Shown: positions 24,815-39,717 of the stretch, one piece after another
Numbering within the stretch: the first letter of the stretch is position 1
How the letters are laid out: every line of letters begins with the position of its first letter
Assembly: GCF_009914755.1 (NCBI RefSeq)
Contig: NC_060939.1
Source: the human T2T-CHM13v2.0 reference genome, Homo sapiens
Reading direction: 5' to 3' (one strand)
Length of the DNA stretch: 64,000 bases
Position numbers and translations under genes: made by a program
Notes under the pieces: model-generated
What the model was told of the DNA's origin: nothing
The model's input: the letters and a program-made list of their open reading frames with translations, nothing else
Databases searched by the model: none

Positions 24815-25000
24815 CAAGGATGTTGAGTCTTGGTTCTCTTTCTTACTATTTGAGTGAACAGGTACTCAACCTCACTAAACCTCAGTTCCCTCATCAGTAA
24901 AATAAAAATAACGTAATTCTTAACTCACAGGCTTATTATGAAAATTAAATAATACATGTAATATCCTTATTAATGTGCTTTCTGGTTATTGGCTCAATAA
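24815..25000 (+). mobile_element. MIR SINE
   Basis: 'aacctcactaaacctcagttccctcatcagtaaaat'. Confidence 0.75.
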
Positions 25001-25134
25001 TTTAATAAAATGAAAGATTCTTATGGAATTCCAGAAAGGACCATTTAAAGAAAAAAGTGATTCTTACTCCTTTGAGATTTTGCGAACTTGTTGAATAGCA
25101 TTTTAATTTTCTTTCTTTCTAGTCACCTGGCCTT

Positions 25135-25250
25135 AGTAATAGTACCTACCCCATGAGGTTGTCAAGAGAATTAAGTGAGATAAGGTACGTAATGTACTTA
25201 AAGCTTCTGTGCCTGATGGTAGTCATGCAACATGTGCAGCCACTGTTATT
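25135..25250 (+). mobile_element. MIR 3' fragment
   Basis: 'taatagtacctaccccatgaggttgtcaagagaattaagtgagataa'. Confidence 0.7.
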
Positions 25251-25304
25251 ATTTTTCTATTGTGCAGGACTATTTTCTATGTTTCTGAAATCTATGAGGG
25301 TTAC

Positions 25305-26113
25305 CAAAAAAGTGGGCAAAGGAGATAAACACTTTTCAAAAAAAGACATTAATGCAGCCAACAAAAAAACTCAACATCACTGTTCATTAGAGAAGTGCAA
25401 ATCAAAACTGCAGTGAGATACCAGCTCACACTAATCAAATGGCTGTTAAACAGTCAAAAAAATAATAGGTTCTGGCAAGGCGGTGGAGAAAAAGGAATTC
25501 TTATACACTGTTGGTGGGAGAGTAAATTAGTTCAACCATTGTGGAAAACAGTGTGGCCTTTCCTCAAGACCTAAAAACAGAACTACCATTTGACCCAGCA
25601 ATCCCATTATTGAAAGTGTACCCAACAGAATATAAATTGTTCTATTATAAAGACACAGGCACGTGTATGTTCATTGCAGCACTATTCATAATAGCAAAGA
25701 CATGGAATCAACTTAAATGCCCATCAATGGTAGAATGGATAAAGAAAATGTGGTACGTATACACCATGGAATATTATGCAGCAATAAAAAAGAATGAGGT
25801 CATTTCCTTTTCACGAATGTGTGTGGAGCTGGAGGCCATTATCATAAGTGAACTAATGCAGGAACAGAAAACCAAATACTGCATGTCCTCATTTACAAGT
25901 GGAATCTAAATGATGAGAACACGTGGACACAGAGAGGGGAAATACAGAAATTGGGGCCTACTGGAGGTTGGAAGGTGGGAGGAGGGAGAAGATCAAAAAA
26001 ATAACTAATGACTTAATACCTGGATGATGAAATAATCTGTACAACAAACCCCTGTAACACAAGTTTACCTACGTAACAAACATGCACATGTACCCCTGAA
26101 CATAAAAGTTAAG
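25305..26113 (+). mobile_element. L1PA15/16-like 3' fragment
   Basis: ORF 25541..25909 is the L1 ORF2p C-terminus (ELPFDPAIPLL...WIKKMWYVYTMEYYAAIKKNE); 3'UTR ends 'gtacccctgaacataaaagttaa'. Confidence 0.92.
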
Positions 26114-26794
26114 ACATTAAGAAAGTTGGAGGTTAGCTCACTCAATTTGTTTTTTATTTCTGGGGGGCCTCTGTCCTCACATATTTAGAGTAATTTTTCT
26201 CTTAAAGCACCAACCTTCTAAACAACATTTCGACTTTACTTGCTTCTTAGACTTAGACTTTTTCAATATTTTTTTTCTGTTGATCTATATCTGGTTTAGA
26301 TTTTTCAAAGTTTTTAAAAATCTTTTTGAATTATTTTTTTCTTTATTGTCTTGCATATTATTATTTTTTGGTCATTTCCTCTTACGTTTCTATATTGAAC
26401 GTTACTTTTCTCAAAACATTGCCAGGACTGGTTTTTGGTGGTTGGTCTATATGACTTTTAAGTCTAGGGAGGCCTCTTTTGTGGCTCACAGGTCAGGAAG
26501 GTAGGCTTGGTGCCAAAAATGACAATGCAAAATAATATAACATAATAAAAACAAAATAAGATGAAAATTTCTGAAGTTTTTATGAGAAAAAAAACCCTGC
26601 CTGCAATATTTAGAATTTATTTAATCATTAAAAAATACTTGATCATCAAATAATGAGTACACAAATTAACTTAAATCCACTTATATGCTCACATAGGATG
26701 AAAGAAACTATCAGTATAGTTATATGCACAGCAGTAGATACTTTGGTGTTCAGTTCCCTGAAAGCCACCTTGCACTGCATGGAGCTAAAGTGCT

Positions 26795-26985
26795 TGCAGT
26801 TCTTGCCACTGAAAGTAAGATCCAAGGACCAGCAGCATCAGCATCAGCATCAGCCTCAGCATCACCAGGGAGTTTGCTAGATTCACAAAGTCCCAAATAC
26901 TGCACCAGAACTGCGGACTCAGAATCTCCATTTTGACATAATCCCAAAGGTATGTCTGTGCGTGATGGTGTTTGTGAGGCTAGAA
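26795..26985. mobile_element. MER5A with internal (CAGCAT)n expansion
   Basis: 'ggaccagcagcatcagcatc...caccagggagtttgctaga', 'tcagaatctccattttgac'. Confidence 0.7.
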
Positions 26986-27321
26986 GCTGGAGTGAGATCT
27001 GGTAGTGCAAGACACCTTCCTCCTCCTCGAATATTCATAGATAAATGGTCAGTTTCTCTAAACCAGCATATAGGTAGGGCAAAGAAGCATTTTGGATGAT
27101 AGCTACAATTAAGTGAAATGTTAAGCACCTGTGCTTATAGTGGATAATTAGTACCCAAGTCTCTTACTCAGCAATTTAATTCTTAGTGGCATTTTATCTT
27201 GCAAACATTTGCCACATTTTAGTATGTGACTTTTTTACACCTGCCTCACTTGAATATTTGGTAAAACATTACTTTTGCTATAATCCTGTTGAAGTAATAG
27301 AGGGAAATATATTTTCATGTA

Positions 27322-27965
27322 CTCATTCAATAAGCATTTGATTATTGTTCTGTCCTGTACTACCGACTAGGAACACGAAGATGATTATATATTGAAACCT
27401 GTCCTCAAGGAACTCACCATCTAATGGGGAGTGAACACATAAACGTGCACTTTTCATGACATGGTAGAAATACTTCGGTAGAGTACTTACAGAGTCATAT
27501 GGAGGCATCGTTGAAGTGCAGCTTATCCACACAGGAGGCAGGAGGGCACATGGAGGGAGATGGATGGCATGACAAATTCAGAGAGAAAGAATATGATTTC
27601 ATCTGATTTCCAGTAGTTAGGTGCCAATGAAGCCTCATGTGCAAGAAAAGGAGTGAAGTGGGCTGAGGCTGGAGATCCAGATAGGGCATTTCAAGTTCAT
27701 GTGAAAGAGCCTGAAGTTTATCATATAGGGTGGTACTGAAAAGTTTTTAAATAGGGGAGAGCCCAGTCTTATCATTATTGATGGAACACGCTGCCTATAG
27801 AGTGAAGGAAGGAGGAAGGATGTAGAAACATAAAACCTAAGGCGGACAGACCAATTAAGAGGCTGTTAAATTCTTGCTGGCAAAAGATGGCAAGGGCCAA
27901 AGGTGGGGCCAGAAGTTCTCGAGCTGTTAGATGGTGAGATGTGAGCTTCATAACCAGCCAGAAGG
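27322..27965 (-). mobile_element. L2 LINE fragment
   Basis: 'cattcaataagcatttg', 'cctgtcctcaaggaactcaccatctaatggggag', 'gaccaattaagaggctgtt'. Confidence 0.75.
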
Positions 27966-29279
27966 GCAAAGGTACAGAGAATCCACAGAATCTGAAGGCT
28001 CCTACGCACTTTCTCTACAGTGTTCTTCATGTCATATTCCACTTTGCGGTATAATATTGCAATCACTGCTTTAAATGAACAAATTTCTAAGATATCCTCC
28101 TCCTCTATCCATCCATTACACTGTAAAAAATGAAACAAATCCTTTATTATACACGCATCTTAAACAGAAATGAAATGTAATTCATCCCACATGCTGTCAG
28201 CTAATTAAAGTATTTGTACTACAGATTCCTCAGCCTTTTACACAACCTTGGAGGAGCCCTGGGGTCTTATTCCAGGAGAAAACCAAATCAATCTCCATGT
28301 TTCCCTTATTTAATTTATGCCACAATAACAGTAGCTTCAGTGCAGAGCTGCAGCTTCAAGCTTTACGTTTACCCTGAAAGCTAAATGTGCACCTTCAGAA
28401 AACTGCCTGCAAGTAAAAAGAAGGAAATTACACATTAAAGAAATTTTTTTAATTGGGATGAACTGGTTTTTCCTTCTTCTGCTACATTCAGATTTCTGTC
28501 TTAAGTATCATTCCCCCTCACCTTGCTATTCACTTTTCTCTCTGATCTCAGTCCAGTGGGAACTGAGATACTGGAGAAAGTGTGTTTTTTCTCCTAGGTT
28601 TACAGTGTGACAGAAGAAGGTTTAAGTGATAGGCAAATTAAGGAAATGCACTTCCTCAGTATTCAGAACTAATTTACCAGGTTCTTGGCATGCTGAGAAA
28701 CTCACTAGGTTTGTGGTCTTTTTGTGAATAATAGCACATTTTCACCTACGACTGGCAGGTGGTCACAACTCAGCTGGAGAGAGTCCCACTGGAGAGCACA
28801 CTCTGCTGCCATGTAACTAAGTGATTTTTTCCCCCTGAAAGTTTATGTACTATATTCTATATAGAACATTTGCGCCTTATGCAGGGAACTTTAGCATTTT
28901 GACTTAAAAAAAAAAACAATTATTGGGCAAGTACTGTGTGCAGGATGCTCCTAAGTAATTGGCAGTGGATATAAATAAGCAATTTTTCCAACCCTATGCT
29001 GGGAAGAATTCCTGCCACAACATATCATTAACGGTAGTAAGAACCATAAAGAGCCCTAGAAACTCAGTGTTGAAAGAAAGATCTACAGGTTATCTACCTT
29101 CTGATGCTTAAATTCCCTTCTGCAATAGAATGGTTGAATGTTAGTTCAGTCTCTACTTGACTGTCTGTGGGGACAGGGAGCTCTCTACTTAATGAAGGAT
29201 CTTTAAACCTCTCAGACACCTTAGTATGTTTGTGTCCTCACCCCATTATTTCATGGTATACTTTGTTTTAACATAACAA

Positions 29280-29475
29280 GTCAATTCCCTCTCCCACATT
29301 AGGCCCTTTTACATACTTTAAGATACTTATTTTTAATTTTCATGATATCTGTCTTATAGCTTAAAAATCCCTAGGCTATTTATTATTATTATAATATTAT
29401 TTTTCTCATATATAACATGACTTCCAAGTCTTAACTCATCTGGTCATTTTTCACTAGATGCTAAGTTGTCTCTTT
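29280..29475 (-). mobile_element. L3/CR1 fragment
   Basis: 'catgacttccaagtcttaactcatctggtcatt' resembles antisense CR1. Confidence 0.45.
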
Positions 29476-29764
29476 TCATCTTAAAGAGAGATTCTTAATA
29501 CAACGTCATTCTCAGGCATGGCCAGACCTGTAGGAAAGAAGGTAGAACTTACTCTTTTTCCCATTTTAAATATTCTACCTTTATTAATAGAGCCCCCATT
29601 TTTATTAATTATTGAATCTGGTTGGATTTCCATATAATGTCTTTTCATACTGCTTTGCAATACTTCAGACGTACTTGTATGGAATCTGAACATTAATGCT
29701 TCCCATCAGGGTGAAAGAATAAAGGGAATAAGATAGTACACTCTTGAATTACAAGCTAAGTCTT

Positions 29765-30114
29765 TGTATTAGTCTATTTTCATGCTGCTGATAAAGACAT
29801 ACCCGAGACTGGGAAGAAAAATAGGTTTAATGGATTCACAGTTCCACATGGTGGGGAGGCCTCACAATCATGGCAGAAGGCAAACGGCACTTCTTACATG
29901 GCAGAGGCAAGAGAGAATGAGAAAGAAGCAAAAGTGAAAACCCCTTATAAAACCATCAGATTTTGTGAGACTTATTCACTACCACGAGAAGAGTATGCGG
30001 GAAACTGCCCCCATGATTCAATTATCTCCCACTGGGTCCCTCCCACAGCACATGGGAATTACAGGAGTACAATTCAAGATGAGATTTGGGTGGGGACACA
30101 GCCAAACCATATCA
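29765..30114 (-). mobile_element. THE1 (THE1B-like) full-length solo LTR with 5-bp TSD
   Basis: TGTATTAGTC...AAACCATATCA; perfect TSD GTCTT at 29760-64 and 30115-19. Confidence 0.95.
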
Positions 30115-30299
30115 GTCTTAGTTCCAATCTGAAGCTTGCCCAACATTTTCTCACGGCACCTTAATTTGCAAAAGTGGAGCTTGGGTAAAATGAGGAGTGA
30201 AAAAGAGAAACAGAAGGAGGTCATATTGAGTGTAAAAAATGTGGCAATATAATACAGGAGAAAAAATGTTGGCTGTGGAGTAATAGGGGAAAATAACAC

Positions 30300-30460
30300 A
30301 ACAAATGAGTTCTAGTCCCTGAGCTCTCATTTGTCAACCCATTGATCTTGGGAATTATAGATAAGTTATCTGATCTTTAATTTTGTCATTTTTGAAGTGA
30401 AAAATACTATAATGCATAAAGTGGAATAATAAAATGAGATATTATGTGAAAGCATTTATC
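30300..30460 (+). mobile_element. MIR SINE (degenerate)
   Basis: 'gagttctagtccc', 'aatgagatattatgtgaaagcattt'. Confidence 0.6.
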
Positions 30461-31056
30461 TTATATACATGTGTATTGCAAACCTTCTTTCTTCCTTTCT
30501 CATCCTTGCAGTCGCCTTCTCTTCCTTTTGCCTCTTTCATTCCATTTAAGTGTCAAAACCACAAGTCTGGGAAAGGAACAACATGTAAGAGTGAAGATGC
30601 CTACTAAGTGGGCACATAGAGAGCTCCTGGTGGGACAGGGACTGCAGTAGAAGAGCCACTGCTTGGAGAGGTTTATCAAAAACTCTATTCCTTCTTATCT
30701 AAATGAATTTCAACAGCAAAGTGAAGACATATCCACACATTTAAATGAAATTCTTCCCCCTTTCCCTGGCAGTTAATATACGGAAATACTATAGCATGTT
30801 TATCAAGGGAAAACACCACCAAAGACCTGCTTTTTATTCTTGGCAGATGTCCCTAATTCAGAATGACACTATTCCCACTGGCCTGGACAGGCTTTCTGGT
30901 TATCAAGTTCCCCTTCCAGGTAGCCATTAATAACTATTTCAAGTTGGCATTCATCACTGCTATTAGAGACTAAACTAGATTGTCATAATTGGTCCTGTCT
31001 AAGATGAGAGCCATGGGGAATGCCCAATTACAATTGGCTATGGCTGTTTCCTCCCA

Positions 31057-31080
31057 TGTGTGTGTGTGTGTGTGTGTGTG
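31057..31080. repeat. (TG)12 microsatellite
   Basis: Read directly from the sequence. Confidence 0.95.
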
Positions 31081-31964
31081 TTTCCTGATGAGGTGGTTAT
31101 CCAGATACTTGTATCTGGTATCCAGATTTTCTCTGCTTTTCCACAGCAAGAAATGATGTAGGGCATCTCTAGGCCAGTCTTTTGCCCCTAATCCAGACTC
31201 ATGGGTCTCAGGGATTAAGGGTCCTCCACCAATTCGTAAGACCTTCACCTATTTTCCTTGTTACCATCATCACAAGATTTCTGTTTCTGATTACCCCTGC
31301 TCCTCTCCCACATTTTTATTTGTCTTAGAGAATACTTGAATTAGTTTAGGTTTTCATGTAGCTTTTTTTTTGAGTTGTTCGTATGGTCTTCCTTGACCTT
31401 AATGTTTTTATTCCATGTTGTTACATATACTCTGTTGGGTTCGCAAGAGTCTTTTTATTCTGAGATCTCTAAAGGTAACCTAAGAAATACATTTTTATTT
31501 GATTGACAATGAAAATAAATGTCTACACAGTATGCAATTATGACACATAGATTAGTTTTCAGAAAGTCTTTGGATAGTATATTTAATGTTGGACAGTGCT
31601 TCTTTAACAAGTTTATTAAACCCCTCCAACAAAACTTGGTAAAAGAAAGAGTCTCCTTCAGTTTCCTTCCTGGAACTTAAGCTCATCGTGGTAGGATACC
31701 CAGAATAGATGGAAAATTGTCACTTTTCCATTGCTTGACTGGTCTGTCTTACATGTATCCTGATGCAGGCTTCAGGCAGACAATCTCTCTGTTACTAGCT
31801 TTGAAATTTTCCCAAGATATTGTAGTAATGCCTAGTGATGAAGTAGGACATTCTAGAGAATACCTGTAAGGGGTTTTCTTCTTCCTCATAGCACCCATAG
31901 GACCTACTCTCCTCCCTCACATACACAATTTTTACCTCAGTTTTCCATATGTGGGTGCCTGGAA

Positions 31965-32135
31965 CCTTTCTCCTGTCTCCTGCTGATGTGCCCCATTACC
32001 CAAACCCACAAAGAAGCCGGAGGGGCATAGGAGGAACCTGGTGATATAACCCAAACAGGCAGCCCTACCGGGTGAAGAACATTTTGGAGATGGGTAGAAA
32101 GTGGATCTATAGGATCAAATTGAAGATACATGACA
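31965..32135 (-). mobile_element. LTR33-family fragment
   Basis: 'ccccattacccaaacccacaaagaagccggagggg...agaaagtggatctatagg'. Confidence 0.55.
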
Positions 32136-32162
32136 CACTCTTCATCTGCTTATTTATCGAGT

Positions 32163-32189
32163 ACACACACACACACACACACACACACA
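32163..32189. repeat. (AC)n microsatellite
   Basis: Read directly from the sequence. Confidence 0.95.
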
Positions 32190-33155
32190 GACGTGCTACT
32201 TTGCTGTTAAAACACACGTATATTTAAAAATTAGCAAAAATTGAAGCTAAAGTCAAGTAATTTCAAACTTGACATAAAATCATTTGGATACTAATAATTC
32301 AGCTATATGCAAAGGACTTGGTAGGCACTGCAAGCAGCAAAGATGTTTATGAGAAAAGGTAGCTGTTCCCAAAGAGCATATAGTTAAGTCATGAAATCAG
32401 ATAGCATTTTATCTCCTAGAAAGAAAAGTGTTAAGTGTAGGTGAAACTTGGACAGTAGGATCCAGGTTCAAATCCAAATAGGAACTTCTAAAATCAGAAA
32501 TGTATTAGCACTGAGGATATGCCTATTTGAAAACAGCTGAAGCAAATGAGGAGACAAGCATTCTCTTTTGGGAAAATTGTGGACTACACAAATCCAGCAA
32601 TGACATGATTACCTGGACCCCAAAATGTTCTGAAACCCTGCATAATGACCACCTGCAAGGCTTATGACTCCTCTAGAGTGAAGCTTGCTCATCCTTAATC
32701 TTTTTCTCTAATTTCTTCCTTACTTCTTTTTAAATTAGAAAAATTAAAAGATAGCTCCTTTGTTTACAACAATTTTCTAAGTCTGGGTGTTAATTTTTTC
32801 ATCATATCACATGAAGTAAGACTTAAGGGTAAAATCAGTTTATGTATTTTGTTTGGAAGTCATTCTTGAAGTGAAAAGACATTCTGCTGTCCTTTAGGTT
32901 TCAGCCTCTCTTTATGTTAATGAATACTAAGGAAAACAAAAGTAACCATCTAGTCGTAAAGCAGGCACTTGTTAATCACATCACTACAGAAATCAAATAA
33001 GGCTATTTACACAATTGCAAAGAATCTCTTTACATTCAATTCACTGTTTTCCAAGCAGCTCATGTAAGAAAGGTGTTAACAGATTACATTTCCCTTAGCA
33101 ACACTCTACACCCAAGATCAATGGATCATCTACTGGCACTGGCTCTACAACTTTA

Positions 33156-33769
33156 TTTATTTGTTTATTTTTTAACTTTTATTTTAGGTTCGAGGGTACA
33201 TGTGAAGGTTTGTTACATAGGTAAACTTGTATCACGGGGGTTTTACAGATTATTTCATCACTCCGGTATTAAGCCCAGTACCAAATAGTTACCTTTTCTG
33301 CTCCTCTCCCTCCTCCCACCCTCCCCCATCAAGCAGACCCCAGTGTCTGTTATTTCCTTCTTTGTGTTCATTAGTTCTAATCATTTTGCCCCCACTTATA
33401 AGTGAGAACAGGCAGCATTTGGTTTTCTGTTCCTGTGTTAGTTTGCTAAGGATAATAGCCTCCAGCTCCATTCATGTTCCTGCAAAAGACATAATCTTCT
33501 TCTCTTTTATGGTTTTATAGTATTCTATGGTATATATGTACCACATTTTCTTTATCCAGTCTGTCACTGATAGGCATGTAGGTTGACTCCACGTCTTTGC
33601 TATTGTGAATAGTGCTGCAATGCATACTGTGCACATGTGTCTTTATGGTATAATGATTTATATTTTCCTGGGTAGATACTCAGCAATGAGATTGCTGGGT
33701 CGAGTGACAGCTCTGCTTTTAGCTCTCTGAGGAATCATCATACTGCTTTTCACAATGGTTGAACTAATT
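33156..33769 (-). mobile_element. L1PA15/16-like 5'-truncated LINE-1 with TSD
   Basis: Antisense 3'UTR and ORF2 end (ORF 33289..33471, MELEAIILSKLTQEQKTK); TSD GCTCTACAACTTTA / GCTTTACACCTTTA at 33142-55 and 33770-83. Confidence 0.92.
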
Positions 33770-35835
33770 GCTTTACACCTTTAAATATAAATCACATATC
33801 ATCCAGGTGGCTTACCCAAGACTAAGGAAGGTTTCCCACACAAGGTGGAGGAGAAAGTGCTAGAATTCTTATATGAGAGGACCTCATGGACAATCTCTTG
33901 TTGGAATGTTAGGATGTTGGGAGAAAAGTAGAGGTAGTAGGGCAGTGCTATGAGGTAGTTTTATCGCAGAACTGCTTTTAGCTAGTTATTTAAATGAGAT
34001 GGGGAATAGATTAATTGTCCATATCAAAGAGTAGTGGTAGGATTCTAATGAAGGTGAGATGGGAAAATCTCTCTCCAAGCCAAGTTCTGGTGTATCCATT
34101 ACCAGGCTGTAGAACATTAAAAAATGAGATAGATTTTATAACAACCTGACCCTAACTTTATGAATAAAGAGATAAAGAGAAATGTGTTGGGCATAAGGGA
34201 CCACATTTATGCATTGGATGTTAAGCAGCCAGGATAATGGCTACTGAGAGCAGAAATAGTGTCAGTCCTAAAATTATCCTTGACTTACTTCTTGGAGAGA
34301 GTTTCCAGGCTGCAACTTAAGAAAGAAAAATATAGGCAGAACCCAACAGTGTTCCCAAATAAAAAAAATGAAGCTGGGATTCCTAGGAGGCCAAAGTAGT
34401 TATACTTTAAAAAGACAGGGTAAGGAAGAGAAAATAGATACATGGAGAGAGTCCCATCAATTTGCAGAAGGCACTTGTTCAGTCATTAGCTGAGTAGTGA
34501 TCAGCACATGTATGTGAGGAAACTACTTGAGGCCAAGAACAAAGCTGTATCAGACAAGCAGAGGGAAAAAATCCTTGCAGCTTGCATAAGGTCAGGAATA
34601 TTTCACATGCCTCATAGCCAGAAAGAAAAATCTCATAATTCTCGAGGCATTGAACAGAGTATTTAAGCTCTAGTTACAGCAAAACAAAGCTTAAAAAGCA
34701 AGATTGGAGAGGAAAATAAATAATTCCAAGTAATTTAACTGTATCCCGTAATAAAGTTTAAGAATATTTATAGGAATTAAAAGATACAGCACTCAAAAAG
34801 TAAAATTCATAATGTGTGTCATTTAATAAAAAATTAACAGGAATACAAATAAATTACAATTCATAATGAAGAAATTAATAAAAAGACCCAGAAATGACAC
34901 AGATAATAGAATTAGTAGTAAAGGCATTTAAATAGTCAAGAGGATAAAGGTTTAGCATGTTAAGCAGAGATATAGATGTTTTTAGAAAGATCTAAATACA
35001 ATTTCTAGAAATAAAAATATACTGAGATTATCAGATTATGCATTGCAGAAGGTTAGATTAGTGATCTTGAAGACATAATCATAGAATGTATCAAAAATGA
35101 AAGAGAGACAGAATGGCATGCTGGTGAGTGGTAGGATAACTTCAGACAGCTTACTCTATGTATAATTGAAATCCCAAAAGAGAAGAAAGAGAAGAAAAAA
35201 AAATTAGAAGAAATAATAATCTGCAATTTTCCAAATTTGATGAAAACTGTAAGTCTACAGATCCAAGAAATTCAACAAACTCCAAGCACAAGACACTAGA
35301 ATAAAATTACATGAAGACCCATCATGATCAAATTATTTAAAATAAGTGATAAAGAGAAAATCATAAAAGCAGCCAGATAAGAAAGGCACAGTGGGTATAA
35401 AAGAATACAGGTAAAAATGAAAAGAGGCTTCTTGTCAGAAACAAAGCAAACCAGGAGACAAAGGATCAAAGTTTTTAAAGTGTTGGGAGGAGGCAATGAT
35501 TATCTTAGAATTCTACAACTAGCAAAAATATATTTGAGATAGGAAGATAAAATAAAAGGTTTACATACATTAAAAAAAAAATAATTTATCCCCAGTCAAT
35601 ATGCACTACAAGAAATAGTAAAGGAAGTTCTCCAGGCGGAAGGAAAATGATATCAAATGGAATCTGGATTCACATTAAGAAATGAACAGCACTAGAAATG
35701 CTAAATATGAGAGGAAATATAAAATTTTAAAAAATATTTTAAAACATCTTTATTAAGTAGTTGACTATTTAAAGCAAACCAATAGGATTGTATAGTGGTG
35801 CTTATAATATATGTAAAAATAAAATGTATTTCAAC

Positions 35836-36272
35836 TCTAAATAAAATTTGTGGGAGGCCACTGTTTTGGATTGAGCTCCTGCACTAAGCTCCAGCAGACC
35901 AGAATGGAGTCACTGGTGCTAGGCACCACATAACCAAATTGAACTTAAAAACAGGCTAGTTTTCCAAAAAGCAAAAGATTCATGCAACCAATCAAAAGAG
36001 ACCCAGGCAACCTGAACCAGCATGATTAGGAACCCTTCCTGCCTTAACCCACACTAGGAAAGTAATCTGAAGTAACTTGATATTAACCAATCTGCTTTTT
36101 CTACTATATTGTTTCCTTGTTCCTGATCAAGGTCCCTACAAAAATCTACTGTTCTGCCATTCCCGGTGGGGCTTATGTCTGCTTATAGACTGGATGCTGC
36201 CTGGTTCATGAATAGCTAATAAAAGTCAATTAGATCTTCAAAAATCAATTTTTGAAATTTTGTTTTTTGACA
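35836..36272 (+). mobile_element. ERV1-class solo LTR (MER31-like)
   Basis: 'taaataaaatttgtgggaggccactgttttggattgagctcctgcacta'; AATAAA near the 3' end; ends TTTGACA; 4-bp flanks CAAC/CCAC. Confidence 0.75.
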
Positions 36273-36654
36273 CCACAAAAGCCAAAATTCTAGGAAGGGA
36301 GAAATGGAAGTACACTGCTATATGCAAAGTGGTATATTACTTGAGAATAGACTATAATAAGTTAAAATTGTGTATTATAAACCTTAAAGCAGTGACTCAA
36401 AAACCAAAAGTACAATTACAGCTCTTAAACCAAAAAGGCAGAGATAAAGGCAAAAAAAGAAGGAAAAAGGGGAAACAACTAACAAATGGAAAAAAACAAA
36501 ACAGTAACATAGCGGGTAGATTTAAACACCATTATCACAATAATCATATTAAATAAATTGCCTAAACAACCTAACCCAAGCAAAAGGTAAGGATTTTTAG
36601 GTTGAACAAAAAATGAAGACCCAAATACATGTTACCAGTAAGAAGCTAACTTTA

Positions 36655-36982
<328 letters not shown>

Positions 36983-37081
36983 TTAAAACAGAAATGGGTT
37001 AAAAGAAAAAAGATTGATAAATATAGGTCATGCTAACTTTAATAAAAAGGAAACTTGGATGGCTATATTAATGCCAGGCAA

Positions 37082-37483
<402 letters not shown>

Positions 37484-39546
37484 CTAATAATAAAGCTTGA
37501 AAACGCATGAAACAAAATCTGGTAGCATGACAAGGAGAAACAGGCACCATTAGAGTAAAATATTACAACATTCATCTTTCAATGATTGATAGAACAAGTA
37601 GAAAATTATTAAGGATATAGAAGGCTTAAACAATACCATCAACCAATTAGACATAATTAAAAATTATAGAACATTCCACAAAAGACAGCCAAATATTTAT
37701 TTACATTTTTTACCAGTGTACTTTAAAATTTTACCTAGATAAACCTTGTTCTGGGTCATAAAACAAGTCTCAATAAATTGAAATAATTCAAATCATACAA
37801 ACTCTATTCTCTGACTACAAAGGAATTAAGTTAGAAATCAATATCAAAGAGGTCTGTGTGATATAAGCTATTTGGAAATGATATTAAATACTTGTAAATA
37901 TGTCCTACTTCAAATAAGAAATCAAAAGAGGACTTACAAAGTATTTTGAACTGAAAGAAAATGACAACGTATTATATTAAAATGTTTACAAGGCACCTAA
38001 AGTAAAACAGAAGTTTATGGCACTAACTACCTGTATAGAAAAGGAGAAAGGTCTCAAATCAATGGCTCTGGCTTCCACCTAATGATAATAGAAACAAAAA
38101 GAGAAAATTAAACTCAATGTATGCAAAAGAAAGAAATAATAAAAGAGTAGAAATCAAAGGAAAAAAAGTAAGCAAAAAAAAAAGAGTAGTAGATAAAAAT
38201 CAATGAAACCACAAGCTGGTTCTTTGTGAATTTCAATATAATGATAAATCTCCAGCCAGACATATCAGGAAACAAATGAGAGAGAGAGACAGAGAGAGGA
38301 GGGAGAGAGGGAACAAATTTACCAGTATGAAAAAATGAAGGCTAATATTTATAAATATTCTACAATAATAATGAATGATTGTGAACAACTTCATGCCAAT
38401 AAGTTCAAGAACTTTAATGAAATGGACTTTACTGAAAGATATACGCTATGAAAGCATATTCATGAGGAAATAGATTACTTGGATAGCCTTATATGTATGA
38501 AAGTAATTGAATTTATAGCTGAGCACTTCCTACAAAGAAAACTCCAGACTGAGATGACTTCATTGGTGAATTCTACAAAACATTTCAAGAGGAAATAGTA
38601 CTGATTCCATATAAAAACCCTTCAGAAAATTGAAGAGATCATACTTTTCAACTAAACCTGTGAAGCCATATTACGATGATATCAAGACAAGAGAAAACAT
38701 TACAAGAAAAGGAAACTACAAACTAGTGTCTGTTATGAACATAAATGAAAAATTATTCACAAATCCAATCCTGCAATATATAAAAATGATACTGCATCAT
38801 AAATAAATGGGCTTTATCCCTGAAATGCAAGATTGTTTTAACATTCAAAAATAAATCAAGGGGACTTTTATTTTCAGCTTTGACACATAAAGAGGTTGAA
38901 ACTTTTATTCCTGACCTTTCAACAGGAAATAGCTGAACAAACTGAAAATCATTGAATTTCTTGGGCCCATGAGATAATTGAGGTCTCAAGGCAGACTGCC
39001 ACCAGAAATCTGGAGGTGAATACACGTAAACACAGGGAGTCACAGCCCAAATGGAACAGAAGCTACTGGAGGCCTAAACTGAGAGGAAGACTAAAAATAC
39101 TAACTGATGACTCCCTGGAGGCTGAATATGGTCTAGTCTGAGAGTGAGAAACATCTGGGAAGCCTGCATTTTTGTGGATTTTACTTGGAGGTACTCATGA
39201 TGAAGAGCCATGAAAAACCTTCATGTTTCTGGCAGGGGAGGAAATAAGTAAAACTTTTGAGATACGGCCATAATACTTTGTTCTAAAGGTCTGCTCAGCA
39301 AGAGAAAAGACTTTACCAGAACGTTATCTGAGGTGGGGGAGTAGAAATTACACAACTTCACCCTTCTGTAAGCGTTTCTCTCATACCTAAGGGAGGAGGG
39401 GGGGAAGCTGAGAAACCCTTGTGAAGATCACACTAGTGACACAGGCCCACTTAAAGACTGAGACTTAATCATAGGATGACGGACTGCTTCCCCCTTCTCC
39501 ATACCTTACCATCACAACAAGCCTCCCATATAAAATAACAATGGAT

Positions 39547-39717
<171 letters not shown>

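Noticed and set aside
26653-27010. ORFs with QHQHQH, ASASAS or ADADAD runs
   Set aside because: Produced by the (CAGCAT)n expansion in MER5A
28580-28700. Acceptor TTTTTCTCCTAG suggesting an exon
   Set aside because: No convincing donor or recognisable ORF; isolated splice motifs are common by chance
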